Positions 16,802-25,185 of a DNA stretch of 32,000 nucleotides are shown piece by piece. The translations under genes and the position numbers were made by a program. The notes under the pieces were generated by a model, which saw nothing but the letters and a program-made list of their open reading frames with translations, was not told where the DNA came from and searched no databases. The stretch is from Mycolicibacterium smegmatis (GTDB lineage: Bacteria; Actinomycetota; Actinomycetes; Mycobacteriales; Mycobacteriaceae): NCBI RefSeq assembly GCF_001457595.1, contig NZ_LN831039.1:2700001-2732000 (forward strand), written 5' to 3'. Each line of letters starts with the position of its first letter. Position 1 is the stretch's first letter.

Positions 16802-17580
16802 CCGCGAGCAGGCTGCAGCAGGCCCTGGCCGACCGGCAGACCGTCTGGGGCGGCTGGGTGGTCGGCCCGACCATCCTGGGTCCCGAGGAGTTCGCCGCCG
16901 CCGGATACGACTACGTCGGATTCGACGTCCAGCACGGGTATCTCGACGACGCCGACGTGGCACTGCTGCTGCGCCGCCTCGAACACGTGCCGATCGCCAC
17001 TGCGGTGCGCCTGCCCTCGCCCGACCCGGCGCCCATCGGACGGGTGCTCGACGCCGGCGCCGACGCGGTGATCATCGCCATGGTGGAGACGCCCGAACAG
17101 GCCGCGGCCGCCCTGGCCGCCACCCGGTACGCCCCCGAGGGCGTGCGCAGCTTCGGGCCGTTGCGCGCAAGCCTCGGTCACGACACCGTCGCGCTGCAAG
17201 AACGCGCGAGCGTGATCGCGATGATCGAGACCGCCACAGGCGTTGCGGCAGTGCAGGATATCGCCGCGGTGGCCGGCCTGACGGGTCTCTATGTCGGACC
17301 TGCCGACCTGGCGATCTCGATGGGAAACCAACCCACCGACGCCTGGACACATCCCGACGTCCTCGCGGCGTTCGTGACCGTGCGGCAGGCCGCCGACGCG
17401 GCCGGGCTGGCCGGCGGGATACACGCCGGGACCGGACGCGCCGGTAAGGCCGCGGCAGACATGGGATTCCGGATGATCACGCTGGCTTCGGAATCCCAGG
17501 CGCTGCGCCGCGGTGCGGTCGAACACCTCGACGAGGCCACCGGCGCGGGTGGTGGCCATGAACAAAGGGGATACCTCTGA
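16798..17580 (+). CDS. HpcH/HpaI-family aldolase (2-keto-3-deoxy acid / 4-hydroxy-2-oxo acid aldolase-like)
   Basis: ATG overlaps the ADH stop (ATGA). Family-like segments GYDYVGFDVQHG, VRLPS and MIETA. The TIM-barrel aldolase call comes from pattern memory. Confidence 0.7.
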   Translation: MTASRLQQALADRQTVWGGWVVGPTILGPEEFAAAGYDYVGFDVQHGYLDDADVALLLRRLEHVPIATAVRLPSPDPAPIGRVLDAGADAVIIAMVETPEQAAAALAATRYAPEGVRSFGPLRASLGHDTVALQERASVIAMIETATGVAAVQDIAAVAGLTGLYVGPADLAISMGNQPTDAWTHPDVLAAFVTVRQAADAAGLAGGIHAGTGRAGKAAADMGFRMITLASESQALRRGAVEHLDEATGAGGGHEQRGYL

Positions 17581-17594
17581 GTCCAGGGAGTGCA

Positions 17595-18332
17595 GTGAGT
17601 CCAGTGACCGTCGACCGCGTAGCGCTCGTGACCGGCGCCGCGCGTGGCCAGGGTGCGGCCATCGTGGCGAAACTGGTCGCCGACGGGTTCCGGGTTGCCG
17701 CAACGGATCTCATGATCGACGACCTCCGTATGTCGACCGCGGACCTGGGCGGCGCCGTGATCGCGCTCGAGCTCGACGTCACCTCCGCCGAACAGTGGCA
17801 GTGGGCCGTGCACGCCACGGTCGAGGAGTTCGGCTCGCTGGGCGCCCTGGTGAACAACGCGGGCGTCCTGCACCGCGCCTCGCTCGACGACGAGACGCCG
17901 GACGGTTTCGAGGGCAGTTGGCGGGTGAACTGCCTGGGCCCGTTCCTCGGCATCCGCACCGCCCTGCCGCATCTGCGCCGCGTCGACGGGGCCGCGGTGG
18001 TCAACACGTGCAGCACGGGCGCGATCCGCCCGTTCCCGAACCATGCCGCCTACGGCTCGTCGAAATGGGCGCTGCGGGGGCTCACCCAGGTGGCCGCGGC
18101 CGAGCTGGCCCCCGACGGAATCCGCGTCAACGCGGTCTTTCCCGGACCGGTCGCCACCCCCATGCTCGACGAGAGCACCCAGGAAAGGCTCGCGGCCAGG
18201 GCCGCGGCGGGGCGCCTCGCCAGACCGGCCGAGATCGCCGACGCCGTGGCATTCCTGCTCTCCGAGCACGCGTCGTTCATCACCGGATCCGAGCTCGTCG
18301 TCGACGGCGGGCAATGTCTGCAGATCGGATGA
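17595..18332 (+). CDS. Short-chain dehydrogenase/reductase
   Basis: GTG start after RBS gggag. Motifs: VTGAARGQGAA, NNAG, and catalytic YGSSK. Confidence 0.85.
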   Translation: MSPVTVDRVALVTGAARGQGAAIVAKLVADGFRVAATDLMIDDLRMSTADLGGAVIALELDVTSAEQWQWAVHATVEEFGSLGALVNNAGVLHRASLDDETPDGFEGSWRVNCLGPFLGIRTALPHLRRVDGAAVVNTCSTGAIRPFPNHAAYGSSKWALRGLTQVAAAELAPDGIRVNAVFPGPVATPMLDESTQERLAARAAAGRLARPAEIADAVAFLLSEHASFITGSELVVDGGQCLQIG

Positions 18333-19828
18333 GCATGTCCATCGGGATCATCGGCGCCGGACCGGGTGGTCTGGCCCTCGGAATCTTTCTGAAAAAGGCC
18401 GGTTTCCGCGATTTCACGATCTTCGACAGGGAAGACGGCGTCGGCGGGACGTGGCGCATCAACACCTACCCTGGGCTGGCGTGCGACGTGAAATCGCACC
18501 TGTACTCCTACTCGTTCGACCTCAACGCCGACTGGACGAGGTTGTGGTCCTCGCAGCCCGAGATCCTCGCGTACTTCGAGCGGTGTGCCCAGCGGCACCA
18601 GCTCGAATCCCACCTGGTGCTGGGCACCGAGATCACCTCGGCGCGCTGGGACACCGACGGCTGGGTGCTCACCACCTCGGGTGGGGACGAGCAGCGGTTC
18701 GACTTCGTGGTGTCCGCGGTGGGACTGTTCACCCAACCGCTGCTGCCCGACCTCGTCGAGGAGGAACCGTTCACCGGAACCGTGCTGCACACCGCGCGCT
18801 GGGACCACTCGATACCGCTGGCGGGCAAGAAGATCGCGGTACTGGGTACGGGGTCCACGGCCGCGCAACTGGTCCCGGAACTGGCGAAAGTCGCCGACAC
18901 GGTCTACTCGGTGCAGCGCTCGCCCACGTGGATCCTCCCCAAACCCGACCGCCCCTACACCGACCGTGAGCGGTGGGTCTTCGCACACGTGCCGCTGGCC
19001 AAGAAGATCTACCGCACCCGGCTGTGGCTGCGCAGCGAGTCGAACATCTCGGTCATCGAACACGGCAGTGACAAGACGCAGGAGTTCAGGTCGATAGCAC
19101 TGAACATGCTGCGGTCCACCGTGACCGACGACGAGTTGCGCGAACGGCTCACACCCGATCATCCGCTGGGTTGCAAGCGGCTGGTGTTCTCGTCGGACTT
19201 CATCCCGACCCTGACCCGCCCGAACGTCGAGGTGGTGTCGAGTCCCGCGCGGGCACTGCGGTCGAGGTCGCTGGTCACCGAGGACGGCCGCGAACTCGAC
19301 GTCGACATCGTCGCGTGCGCAACCGGATACGCCGCGGCCGACTATCTGGGCCAGATCGAGGTGACGGGGGAGGGCGGGATCCGGTTGCACGATGTGTGGC
19401 GCGACGGGGCCTACGCCTACCTGGGGATGACCGTGCCCGGGTTCCCGAACTTCTTCATGCTCTACGGGCCGAACACCAACGTCGGATCCAACAGCGTGAT
19501 CTTCGTCCTGGAGGCGCAGGCCCGCTACGTCGTGCGTGCACTGAAACACCTACGGCGCAGACGGAAGTCGTATGTGGCGGTGAAACCCGAGGTGATGGCG
19601 CAGTTCATCGCCGACATCGACCGGTGGATGCAGGGCACGGTGTGGCTCACCCGGTGCAGCAGCTACTTCCGTGCACCCAACGGCCGGGTGGTCACGCAGT
19701 GGCCCCGTAGCGCCCGCGCGCTGTGGGCCATGACGCGGCGGTTCCGCGCCGCGGACTACCTGTTCAGCGCACCCGTCGACGGCCAGGCGCAGGTGGTCGA
19801 GGTGGCGGCCCACGAAACGGTCGGCTGA
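18329..19828 (+). CDS. Type I Baeyer-Villiger (flavin-containing) monooxygenase, EthA-like size class
   Basis: ATG 18329 overlaps the SDR stop (ATGA). Motifs: FAD motif GAGPGG, GGTWRINTYPGLACD, BVMO fingerprint FTGTVLHTARWD, and second Rossmann GTGSTA. The upstream part of ORF 17513..19828 is Arg/Pro-rich shadow. Confidence 0.85.
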   Translation: MSMSIGIIGAGPGGLALGIFLKKAGFRDFTIFDREDGVGGTWRINTYPGLACDVKSHLYSYSFDLNADWTRLWSSQPEILAYFERCAQRHQLESHLVLGTEITSARWDTDGWVLTTSGGDEQRFDFVVSAVGLFTQPLLPDLVEEEPFTGTVLHTARWDHSIPLAGKKIAVLGTGSTAAQLVPELAKVADTVYSVQRSPTWILPKPDRPYTDRERWVFAHVPLAKKIYRTRLWLRSESNISVIEHGSDKTQEFRSIALNMLRSTVTDDELRERLTPDHPLGCKRLVFSSDFIPTLTRPNVEVVSSPARALRSRSLVTEDGRELDVDIVACATGYAAADYLGQIEVTGEGGIRLHDVWRDGAYAYLGMTVPGFPNFFMLYGPNTNVGSNSVIFVLEAQARYVVRALKHLRRRRKSYVAVKPEVMAQFIADIDRWMQGTVWLTRCSSYFRAPNGRVVTQWPRSARALWAMTRRFRAADYLFSAPVDGQAQVVEVAAHETVG

Positions 19829-19829
19829 C

Positions 19830-20762
19830 ATGGCTCACAGGTCCGGATGGACCGAGCGCCTGGATCCCGCGCTGCGCGAATTCGCCGGTGCCCGCACCGA
19901 TCTGTCGCCCGAAACCCTTGCGGTGGTGCGGGCCTCGATCGACCGGCGTCGCCGTGAATCGGCGCAGACGCTCGACACGTTCGGCGTGGCCATCGCAGGC
20001 GGCCGGGCCGCGCTGGGCCGGCGCAGTGTGCCGGTGCGCATCTACCGTGGCGGCCCGTCGCCTGCACCCGTGGTCGTGTACTGCCACTCGGGCGCGTTCG
20101 TGCTGGGCAACCTCGACGTCGACCAGCGGCAATGCGTCGAACTGGCGCGGCGTGGGCAGTGCACGGTCGTGGCCATGGACTACCGCCTCGCCCCCGAACA
20201 TCCGTACCCCGCAGCGCTCGACGACGCCGCGATGGTGCTGGCCTGGGTGGCCGCGCAGGCCGGTGAACTCGACGTCGACCCGGATCGGATCGCGGTCGCG
20301 GGCAGCAGTGCCGGTGGTGCGCTGGCCGCGTTGCTGGCACAGCGGTCCGCGACGGGCGCCGCGCCTCCAATCGTGTTCCAGTTGCTGCACCAGCCGGTGC
20401 TCGACGACCGCCCGACCCGCTCCGAGCGCGAATTCGTCGACACACCCGGTTTCGACGGCCCCGCGACGGTCGCGATGTGGCGTCACTGGCTGGCCGGCCG
20501 CGCGGCGCCCGACGGCGCCGTACCGGCCCGCGCCACCGAGATCTCGGACATGCCTGCGGCTTTCATCAGCTGCTCGGAACTGGACCCGCTGCGCGACGAA
20601 GCACTCGACCATGCGCGCAGGCTGATCGACGGCGGCGTGTCCACCGAGCTGCACGTGTTCGCGGGTACCTGCCACGGATTCGACTCACTGCTGCCCGAGT
20701 GGGAGGTCAGTCAGGAACTGTTCACCCTGCAGGGGGCGGCACTGCGCCGGGCCCTGCGCTGA
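19830..20762 (+). CDS. Alpha/beta hydrolase, family IV (HSL-like) esterase/lipase
   Basis: ATG lies 1 nt after the BVMO stop. Oxyanion-region variant CHSGAF, nucleophile elbow GSSAGG, DPLRDE, and catalytic His in CHGF. Confidence 0.85.
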   Translation: MAHRSGWTERLDPALREFAGARTDLSPETLAVVRASIDRRRRESAQTLDTFGVAIAGGRAALGRRSVPVRIYRGGPSPAPVVVYCHSGAFVLGNLDVDQRQCVELARRGQCTVVAMDYRLAPEHPYPAALDDAAMVLAWVAAQAGELDVDPDRIAVAGSSAGGALAALLAQRSATGAAPPIVFQLLHQPVLDDRPTRSEREFVDTPGFDGPATVAMWRHWLAGRAAPDGAVPARATEISDMPAAFISCSELDPLRDEALDHARRLIDGGVSTELHVFAGTCHGFDSLLPEWEVSQELFTLQGAALRRALR

Positions 20763-20871
20763 ACGGCTGCTCGACTGCGCCGGTGACCTGCTGAACCCGC
20801 GGGGTGCTGGCGACGGCCAGACGCTGTCGGACGACTTCGAGAACCAGGTGCCCGGTTGACCCGCGCAGCGA

Positions 20872-21846
20872 TCATCCGAAGTTGGCGGCGATCCTCCGGC
20901 GGAGATATTCGGCCGCGGTGATCGGCGGGTAGGTGCCCTTGGGGCTCTCGATGAGCACGTCGGTGTTGGCCTGTGCGAAATAGGCGACGCTGTAACGCGG
21001 ATCGAGACTCTCCCCGGGCCGCGGCGCCCGGACGCGGTGGAAGTTGGACGGCAGCAGATCGTCGGACCAGCGCATCAGCATGTCACCGATGTTGCACGTG
21101 ATCGCGTCGTCCGACGGATGAACCGGAGTCCACACCTGCTGATCGGCCTCGGCGCCGGGCAGGACCTGCAGTCCCGGCTGACACGAGCGCTGGAACAGCA
21201 GCGTCAGTGCATCGAAGTCCGTGTGCGCACCCGCGCGCCACACGTCATCGCGTCCCACGAGTTCGGCCGGGAACGCGTAGTAGTGCAGCAGGCGCAGCGT
21301 GCTCTGATAGGTCGGGGCGTCGGGATCGTGTGCCCGCGTGAAGAACTCGCGGTCGAAACCCAGCCGGACCGCGAAACAGCTGAGGATGTCCATCGCCAGC
21401 CGCCAGCACCGCCGTTCGAAGTCCTCGATGGTGTCGCGGAATCCGTCGAGTTCGTCTGGCGCCGGCCACAGGCCGTCCATGCGCGGCCGGGTGAACTGGT
21501 AGGACTCCTTCTCGTCCGCGGTCCCGACAGACGGACGGACCTGACTCTTGTACTCCCAGCCGACGTTCTGACCTTTCTTCAGCGGATACTTCTCCTTCAC
21601 CGCGGTGGGCAGAGCGAAGAACCGCTGGGCCACGTCGAACACCCGGTCCACCTCCGCGAGGTCGATGCCGTGCTCGACCACCTGGAAGAAACCGATGTCG
21701 GTCGCTGCGGCCCAGAGTTCGTCGGCGATCTCGTCGAACCGCGAACCGAAGTCGGCCAGGCTGATCTGGCGCACCTCGCGCGCATGCGATTCGGTGCCGA
21801 GAGCGCCCATACGGGATTCGCGGAGCAGTTCGGTCATCTCGTTCAT
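20872..21846 (-). CDS. 2-oxoglutarate/Fe(II)-dependent oxygenase (IPNS-like family)
   Basis: ATG at 21846 with RBS GAGGA, 7 nt after the permease stop. Facial-triad region HTDFDALTLL ... NFHRV and RYSVAYF. Confidence 0.8.
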   Translation of the reverse strand: MNEMTELLRESRMGALGTESHAREVRQISLADFGSRFDEIADELWAAATDIGFFQVVEHGIDLAEVDRVFDVAQRFFALPTAVKEKYPLKKGQNVGWEYKSQVRPSVGTADEKESYQFTRPRMDGLWPAPDELDGFRDTIEDFERRCWRLAMDILSCFAVRLGFDREFFTRAHDPDAPTYQSTLRLLHYYAFPAELVGRDDVWRAGAHTDFDALTLLFQRSCQPGLQVLPGAEADQQVWTPVHPSDDAITCNIGDMLMRWSDDLLPSNFHRVRAPRPGESLDPRYSVAYFAQANTDVLIESPKGTYPPITAAEYLRRRIAANFG

Positions 21847-21853
21847 GAGGTCC

Positions 21854-23311
21854 TCACGAAAGTCGGTCGGAGACCGGCACCTTGAGCGGGCGCCGGGCGT
21901 GGAACAGGATGTTGAGGAGCACCGCCACGCAGATGCCCGTGGCGACACCGCTGCTGAGCAGTTGCCGGGCTGCGTCGGGGAACTGGGAGTAGAAACCGCT
22001 CACCGTCGTGGGCAGCAACGCGACGCCCAGCGCCGCGGCGACGATGATCACGTTCGCGGTGTCGGCGAAGTCGACCTGGCCCAGGATCCGTATCCCGACG
22101 ACGGCGATGGTTCCGAACATGACCACCGCGGCCGCTCCGAGCACCGGACGCGGTATCGCAGCGACGATCTCACCGACCACCGGGAAGAATGCCAGCGACA
22201 TCAGCAGCACGCCCGTGGTGGCCGTGACGTACCGGCTGAACATCCTGGTGATGGTGAGGATTCCGACGTTCTGCGCGAACGTCACGTACATGAACGACTG
22301 GAACACGCCGCCGCCAAGCGCGGTGACCACACCGTCGGCGCGCACTGCCGCAGCGAGCCGTCGGTCGGAGATCTTTTGGTCCACCACCTCTCCCACGGCG
22401 TTGACCTGTCCGGCGAGTTCGACGACCAGCACGATCTGGATGATCGCCAGCGAGCAGATCGCGAGCACGTCGAACCGCGGTGCGCCGAAGTGCAGCAGAT
22501 CCGGGAACGAGATCGCCTGGGTGTCACCGATTCCGGAGAGATCGAGGAATCCGGTGGCCGCCGCGATGATCGTCCCGGCGATCATGCCGATCAGGACCGC
22601 GAGTGATCGCAACAGCCGCGGCAACAGCCGATAGCCCAGCAGGACCGCAAGTGCCGTCACAGCAGCCAGGCCGATGGCGGCCGGTGATCCGAAGCCGGAC
22701 GCGTCCGGGTCGGTGCCGACGATCATCTTGGCGCCGGCCGGGATGAGCTGGATACCGATCAGCAGGATCGTCGTGCCGATCACCACGGGCGGGAAGAACC
22801 GCATCATCTTCCCGACCAGTGGCGCGACCGCGATGGTCGCCAGGCCGACGACGAGTACGGCTCCGTACATGGTCTGCAGGCCGCTGCCCTGACCGATGAT
22901 CAGCATGGGCGCGATGCCGGTGTACGACGCGCCGATCACCATCGGCAGTCGCACCCCGACCCGCCAGATCCCCAGAGACTGCAGCAGGGTGCCGAAGCCG
23001 CACAGCAAGAGGTCCGCGGTCACCAGGTACACCAGGTCCTGCTGCGAGAGGTCGAGAGCCGATGCCACGACCACGGGCACCGTGATGGTGCTGGCATACA
23101 TGACGAGTAGGTGCTGCAGTCCGTACACCAGCAGCTTCCAGGCGGACGGCACCTCGTCGACCGGGTTGGGGGCCGGGCCGCCGCCGTCGTTCGACGGTGC
23201 CGGGCCGTCCGGTGTGACGGTGTGTTCCGCGGTGCCGGGCCGCCGCCGGCCCCGTATGGCAGAAGGACCCCGTATGGCAGAAGGACCCCGTATGGCAGAA
23301 GGAATGGTCAT
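21854..23311 (-). CDS. NCS2-family nucleobase (xanthine/uracil) permease, N-terminal (PSAIRG)3 repeat
   Basis: ATG at 23311 inside ORF 21854..23506. Multi-TM profile. FAQNVGILTITRMFSRYV is a typical NCS2 signature region. Confidence 0.85.
   Translation of the reverse strand: MTIPSAIRGPSAIRGPSAIRGRRRPGTAEHTVTPDGPAPSNDGGGPAPNPVDEVPSAWKLLVYGLQHLLVMYASTITVPVVVASALDLSQQDLVYLVTADLLLCGFGTLLQSLGIWRVGVRLPMVIGASYTGIAPMLIIGQGSGLQTMYGAVLVVGLATIAVAPLVGKMMRFFPPVVIGTTILLIGIQLIPAGAKMIVGTDPDASGFGSPAAIGLAAVTALAVLLGYRLLPRLLRSLAVLIGMIAGTIIAAATGFLDLSGIGDTQAISFPDLLHFGAPRFDVLAICSLAIIQIVLVVELAGQVNAVGEVVDQKISDRRLAAAVRADGVVTALGGGVFQSFMYVTFAQNVGILTITRMFSRYVTATTGVLLMSLAFFPVVGEIVAAIPRPVLGAAAVVMFGTIAVVGIRILGQVDFADTANVIIVAAALGVALLPTTVSGFYSQFPDAARQLLSSGVATGICVAVLLNILFHARRPLKVPVSDRLS
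23250..23303 (-). repeat. In-frame 18-bp perfect tandem repeat x3 (plus strand CCCCGTATGGCAGAAGGA) encoding PSAIRG x3 just after the permease start
   Basis: Units at 23250-23267, 23268-23285 and 23286-23303 are identical. Confidence 0.9.
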
Positions 23312-23550
23312 GACCGTCCTGTGCTCGTCTGTGCCGGCGAACCGGCACTGATGGCACGGGAACCCTGATCCCGTTCGGCGCGATGTGCTTTGGTGCCCAG
23401 CGTGCCGATGCGGAGGATTCCCGCGAGATCGCACGCACTTTTCGAGAGCGAGGGACGCGCGTGGCGCCCCGCCACGCAACGATGTGGGCAACACCGTTAC
23501 GTGCAATCCTTACTTGCAGACACGAGTACATCCAACGCGTGTTATCTCGC

Positions 23551-23580
23551 TGTGAACTCGGCGAAAAACAGTGTGAACTC
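23551..23580. promoter_or_regulatory. Two identical 9-bp direct repeats TGTGAACTC spaced 21 bp start to start, in the permease/cupin divergent region
   Basis: Copies at 23551-23559 and 23572-23580, separated by gcgaaaaacag. They sit in the lowest-GC part of a 368-bp intergenic region. Confidence 0.4.
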
Positions 23581-23679
23581 ATCCTCTCGGCATGCCCGCG
23601 GCACCGGAGGTGCGACGCCGCCGGGCAGATAGGCTGACACCGGCGCGGCCCTCACGGGCCCCGAGTCGCGGAGGGCATT

Positions 23680-23976
23680 TTGGACAAGCTGGACACAGGA
23701 TCACACGGCGACCTGCAACTCGACGACGGGCGGTTCCGCGTGACCCGCTGGACCATCGAACCCGGCGGCGCCATCCCCATGCACCGGCACGAACACGACT
23801 ACGTCGTCGTGCCGCTGGTCAACGCCACCATGCACGTCGTCGCCCCCGACGGCACCGACACCGTCGCGGAACTGCGGATCGGTGAGAGCTATTCGAGGAT
23901 CGCAGGCGTCGAACACCGCGTGGAGAACCGCGGGACCACCGACACCGTCGTGTTCGTCGAGGTCGAGCGGCTCTGA
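23680..23976 (+). CDS. Cupin-domain protein (98 aa)
   Basis: TTG start with RBS ggaggg. Cupin metal-motif-like segments PMHRHEHDYVVV and GVEHRVEN. Confidence 0.7.
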   Translation: MDKLDTGSHGDLQLDDGRFRVTRWTIEPGGAIPMHRHEHDYVVVPLVNATMHVVAPDGTDTVAELRIGESYSRIAGVEHRVENRGTTDTVVFVEVERL

Positions 23977-23988
23977 CGGTCCGTCAGA
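23972..23988. repeat. 17-nt perfect palindrome TCTGACGG-T-CCGTCAGA containing the stop codons of both convergent genes
   Basis: TGA of the cupin gene (23974-23976) and TCA, the minus-strand stop of the SRPBCC gene (23984-23986), are placed symmetrically in the palindrome. Confidence 0.8.
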
Positions 23989-24457
23989 CGCCTGCGAGTT
24001 CGCGCGCGACCGCGGCGTGGTACCTGTCGATGTTGGCCGGGTTCACGATGCGGAACAGCGCATCGGGCAACGGGGATTCCTTGTAGGCCTCGATGGTCAT
24101 GGTGCGGCTGAACAACGTGACGTCCGGGCCTGGACGCGTGAACTGGTACTGCACGGTGATCCGGCCGTCCATGCCGCCGTTGCCGTCCCGATCGTGCCCG
24201 AGCCGGCCGACGGAGTTGAACACCCACAACCGCGGACGCATCGCGATCGCGAGATGCCACGTGTAGATTTGCTGGCCGTCCGGGCCTGCCTCGCTCCAGG
24301 TGTCCCCGACCTGCAACGGCAACCGGTCCGGCAGGCCCTCGATGTGCGCGCTGCCAGGGTAGGTCTTGGTCCAGTTCGCCGGGTTGGTCACGAAATCGTA
24401 GACAGTTTCCGCCGATTGGGGGAATGCCGTCTCCGAGCTGGTGGTCACGATGCCCAA
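23984..24457 (-). CDS. SRPBCC (START/polyketide-cyclase-like) ligand-binding domain protein
   Basis: The C-terminal 157 codons of ORF 23984..25228 have normal composition. TTG 24457 (RBS agaaagg) or GTG 24448 could be the start. The pattern AETVYDFVTNPANWTKTYPG is typical of the SRPBCC N-terminus. The upstream part of the ORF is Arg-rich shadow of the DUF427 gene. Confidence 0.6.
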   Translation of the reverse strand: MGIVTTSSETAFPQSAETVYDFVTNPANWTKTYPGSAHIEGLPDRLPLQVGDTWSEAGPDGQQIYTWHLAIAMRPRLWVFNSVGRLGHDRDGNGGMDGRITVQYQFTRPGPDVTLFSRTMTIEAYKESPLPDALFRIVNPANIDRYHAAVARELAGV

Positions 24458-24477
24458 CTGTGTTGCCTTTCTTGTGA

Positions 24478-25185
24478 TCACACGGAGCAGCCGCAGGCCG
24501 CGGTGCTCGCGCCTGCGGGGAGTTCGGCGACGACGTCCACCCGCGCCGGGTCGAAGCTCAGATGCCCACGCAGCGGTTCGGCCTCGGGCGGGGTGTCCGG
24601 GTAGCTCCACGCGACGTCGCTGATGACGGTGTCCGCGACGACGGCCGCCCAGTAGGTGGCGACGCCCTTGTAGTTGCAGTAGGTGGTGGTGTCGGTACGG
24701 TGCAGCAGATCGGTGCGGACCAGTGCCGGGCTCACGTACAGGCGGGGTTCCAGGGCCGTCTCGAACACGATGATTGTGTCGTCGGTGTCGACGAGCACGG
24801 TGTCGCCCACCGCGACCCGCAGCCTGCGCTTGGTGGGCCTGCAGTCGATGCGGTGATACGGGTTGGGGGGATAGTGCACCAGACGGCGGCCCTCTTCCAT
24901 CCACACCTCGACAGCGTCCCACGGCACCGTGACGTATCCGGGCGCTTCCGGTACCGCCACGGCGGGCAGGCCGCCGACCTCGTCGACCGGAAAGGCGTAG
25001 CTCAGCGGGCTCCCGGCCCGGTGCACCATGAGGGCGCACTCGGTGTCGATCAGCGCGTCGCCGCCGACGAAGGCCTGGACGCGCCGGGGATGTGGCTCGA
25101 TGTAGACGGCCGGTGCGGGCAGCGGTGGCGAGAACCAACCGGCCGGCCGGTTGCTCAGGGGCCCGTGGCCTGCGACGAGACTCAT
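24478..25185 (-). CDS. DUF427-domain protein (tandem)
   Basis: 235 aa. YCNYKGVATYW matches the DUF427 C.YKG.A.Y signature. ATG 25185 is preceded by RBS ggaggtgg and overlapped by the stop of a 23-codon uORF. Confidence 0.7.
   Translation of the reverse strand: MSLVAGHGPLSNRPAGWFSPPLPAPAVYIEPHPRRVQAFVGGDALIDTECALMVHRAGSPLSYAFPVDEVGGLPAVAVPEAPGYVTVPWDAVEVWMEEGRRLVHYPPNPYHRIDCRPTKRRLRVAVGDTVLVDTDDTIIVFETALEPRLYVSPALVRTDLLHRTDTTTYCNYKGVATYWAAVVADTVISDVAWSYPDTPPEAEPLRGHLSFDPARVDVVAELPAGASTAACGCSV

Noticed and set aside
23312-23560. Purine or ZTP riboswitch in the permease leader.
   Set aside because: I could not find the conserved cores, such as the purine three-way junction with its U-rich loops or the ZTP GACUGGCG / CCGCCUGGGC elements. 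Only generic GC hairpins are present.
23551-23580. GlnR box or CRP site interpretation of the TGTGAACTC repeats.
   Set aside because: The fit to gTnAc-n6-GaAAc (GlnR) is poor and the spacing inconsistent. For CRP only the TGTGA half-sites are present, without TCACA partners. I keep these as an unassigned direct repeat.
23383-23637. 84-aa Cys-rich ORF in the permease/cupin intergenic region.
   Set aside because: GC3 is only about 60 percent, with many rare codons and no RBS. The repeated CEL motif simply reflects the TGTGAACTC DNA repeat. Most likely non-coding.
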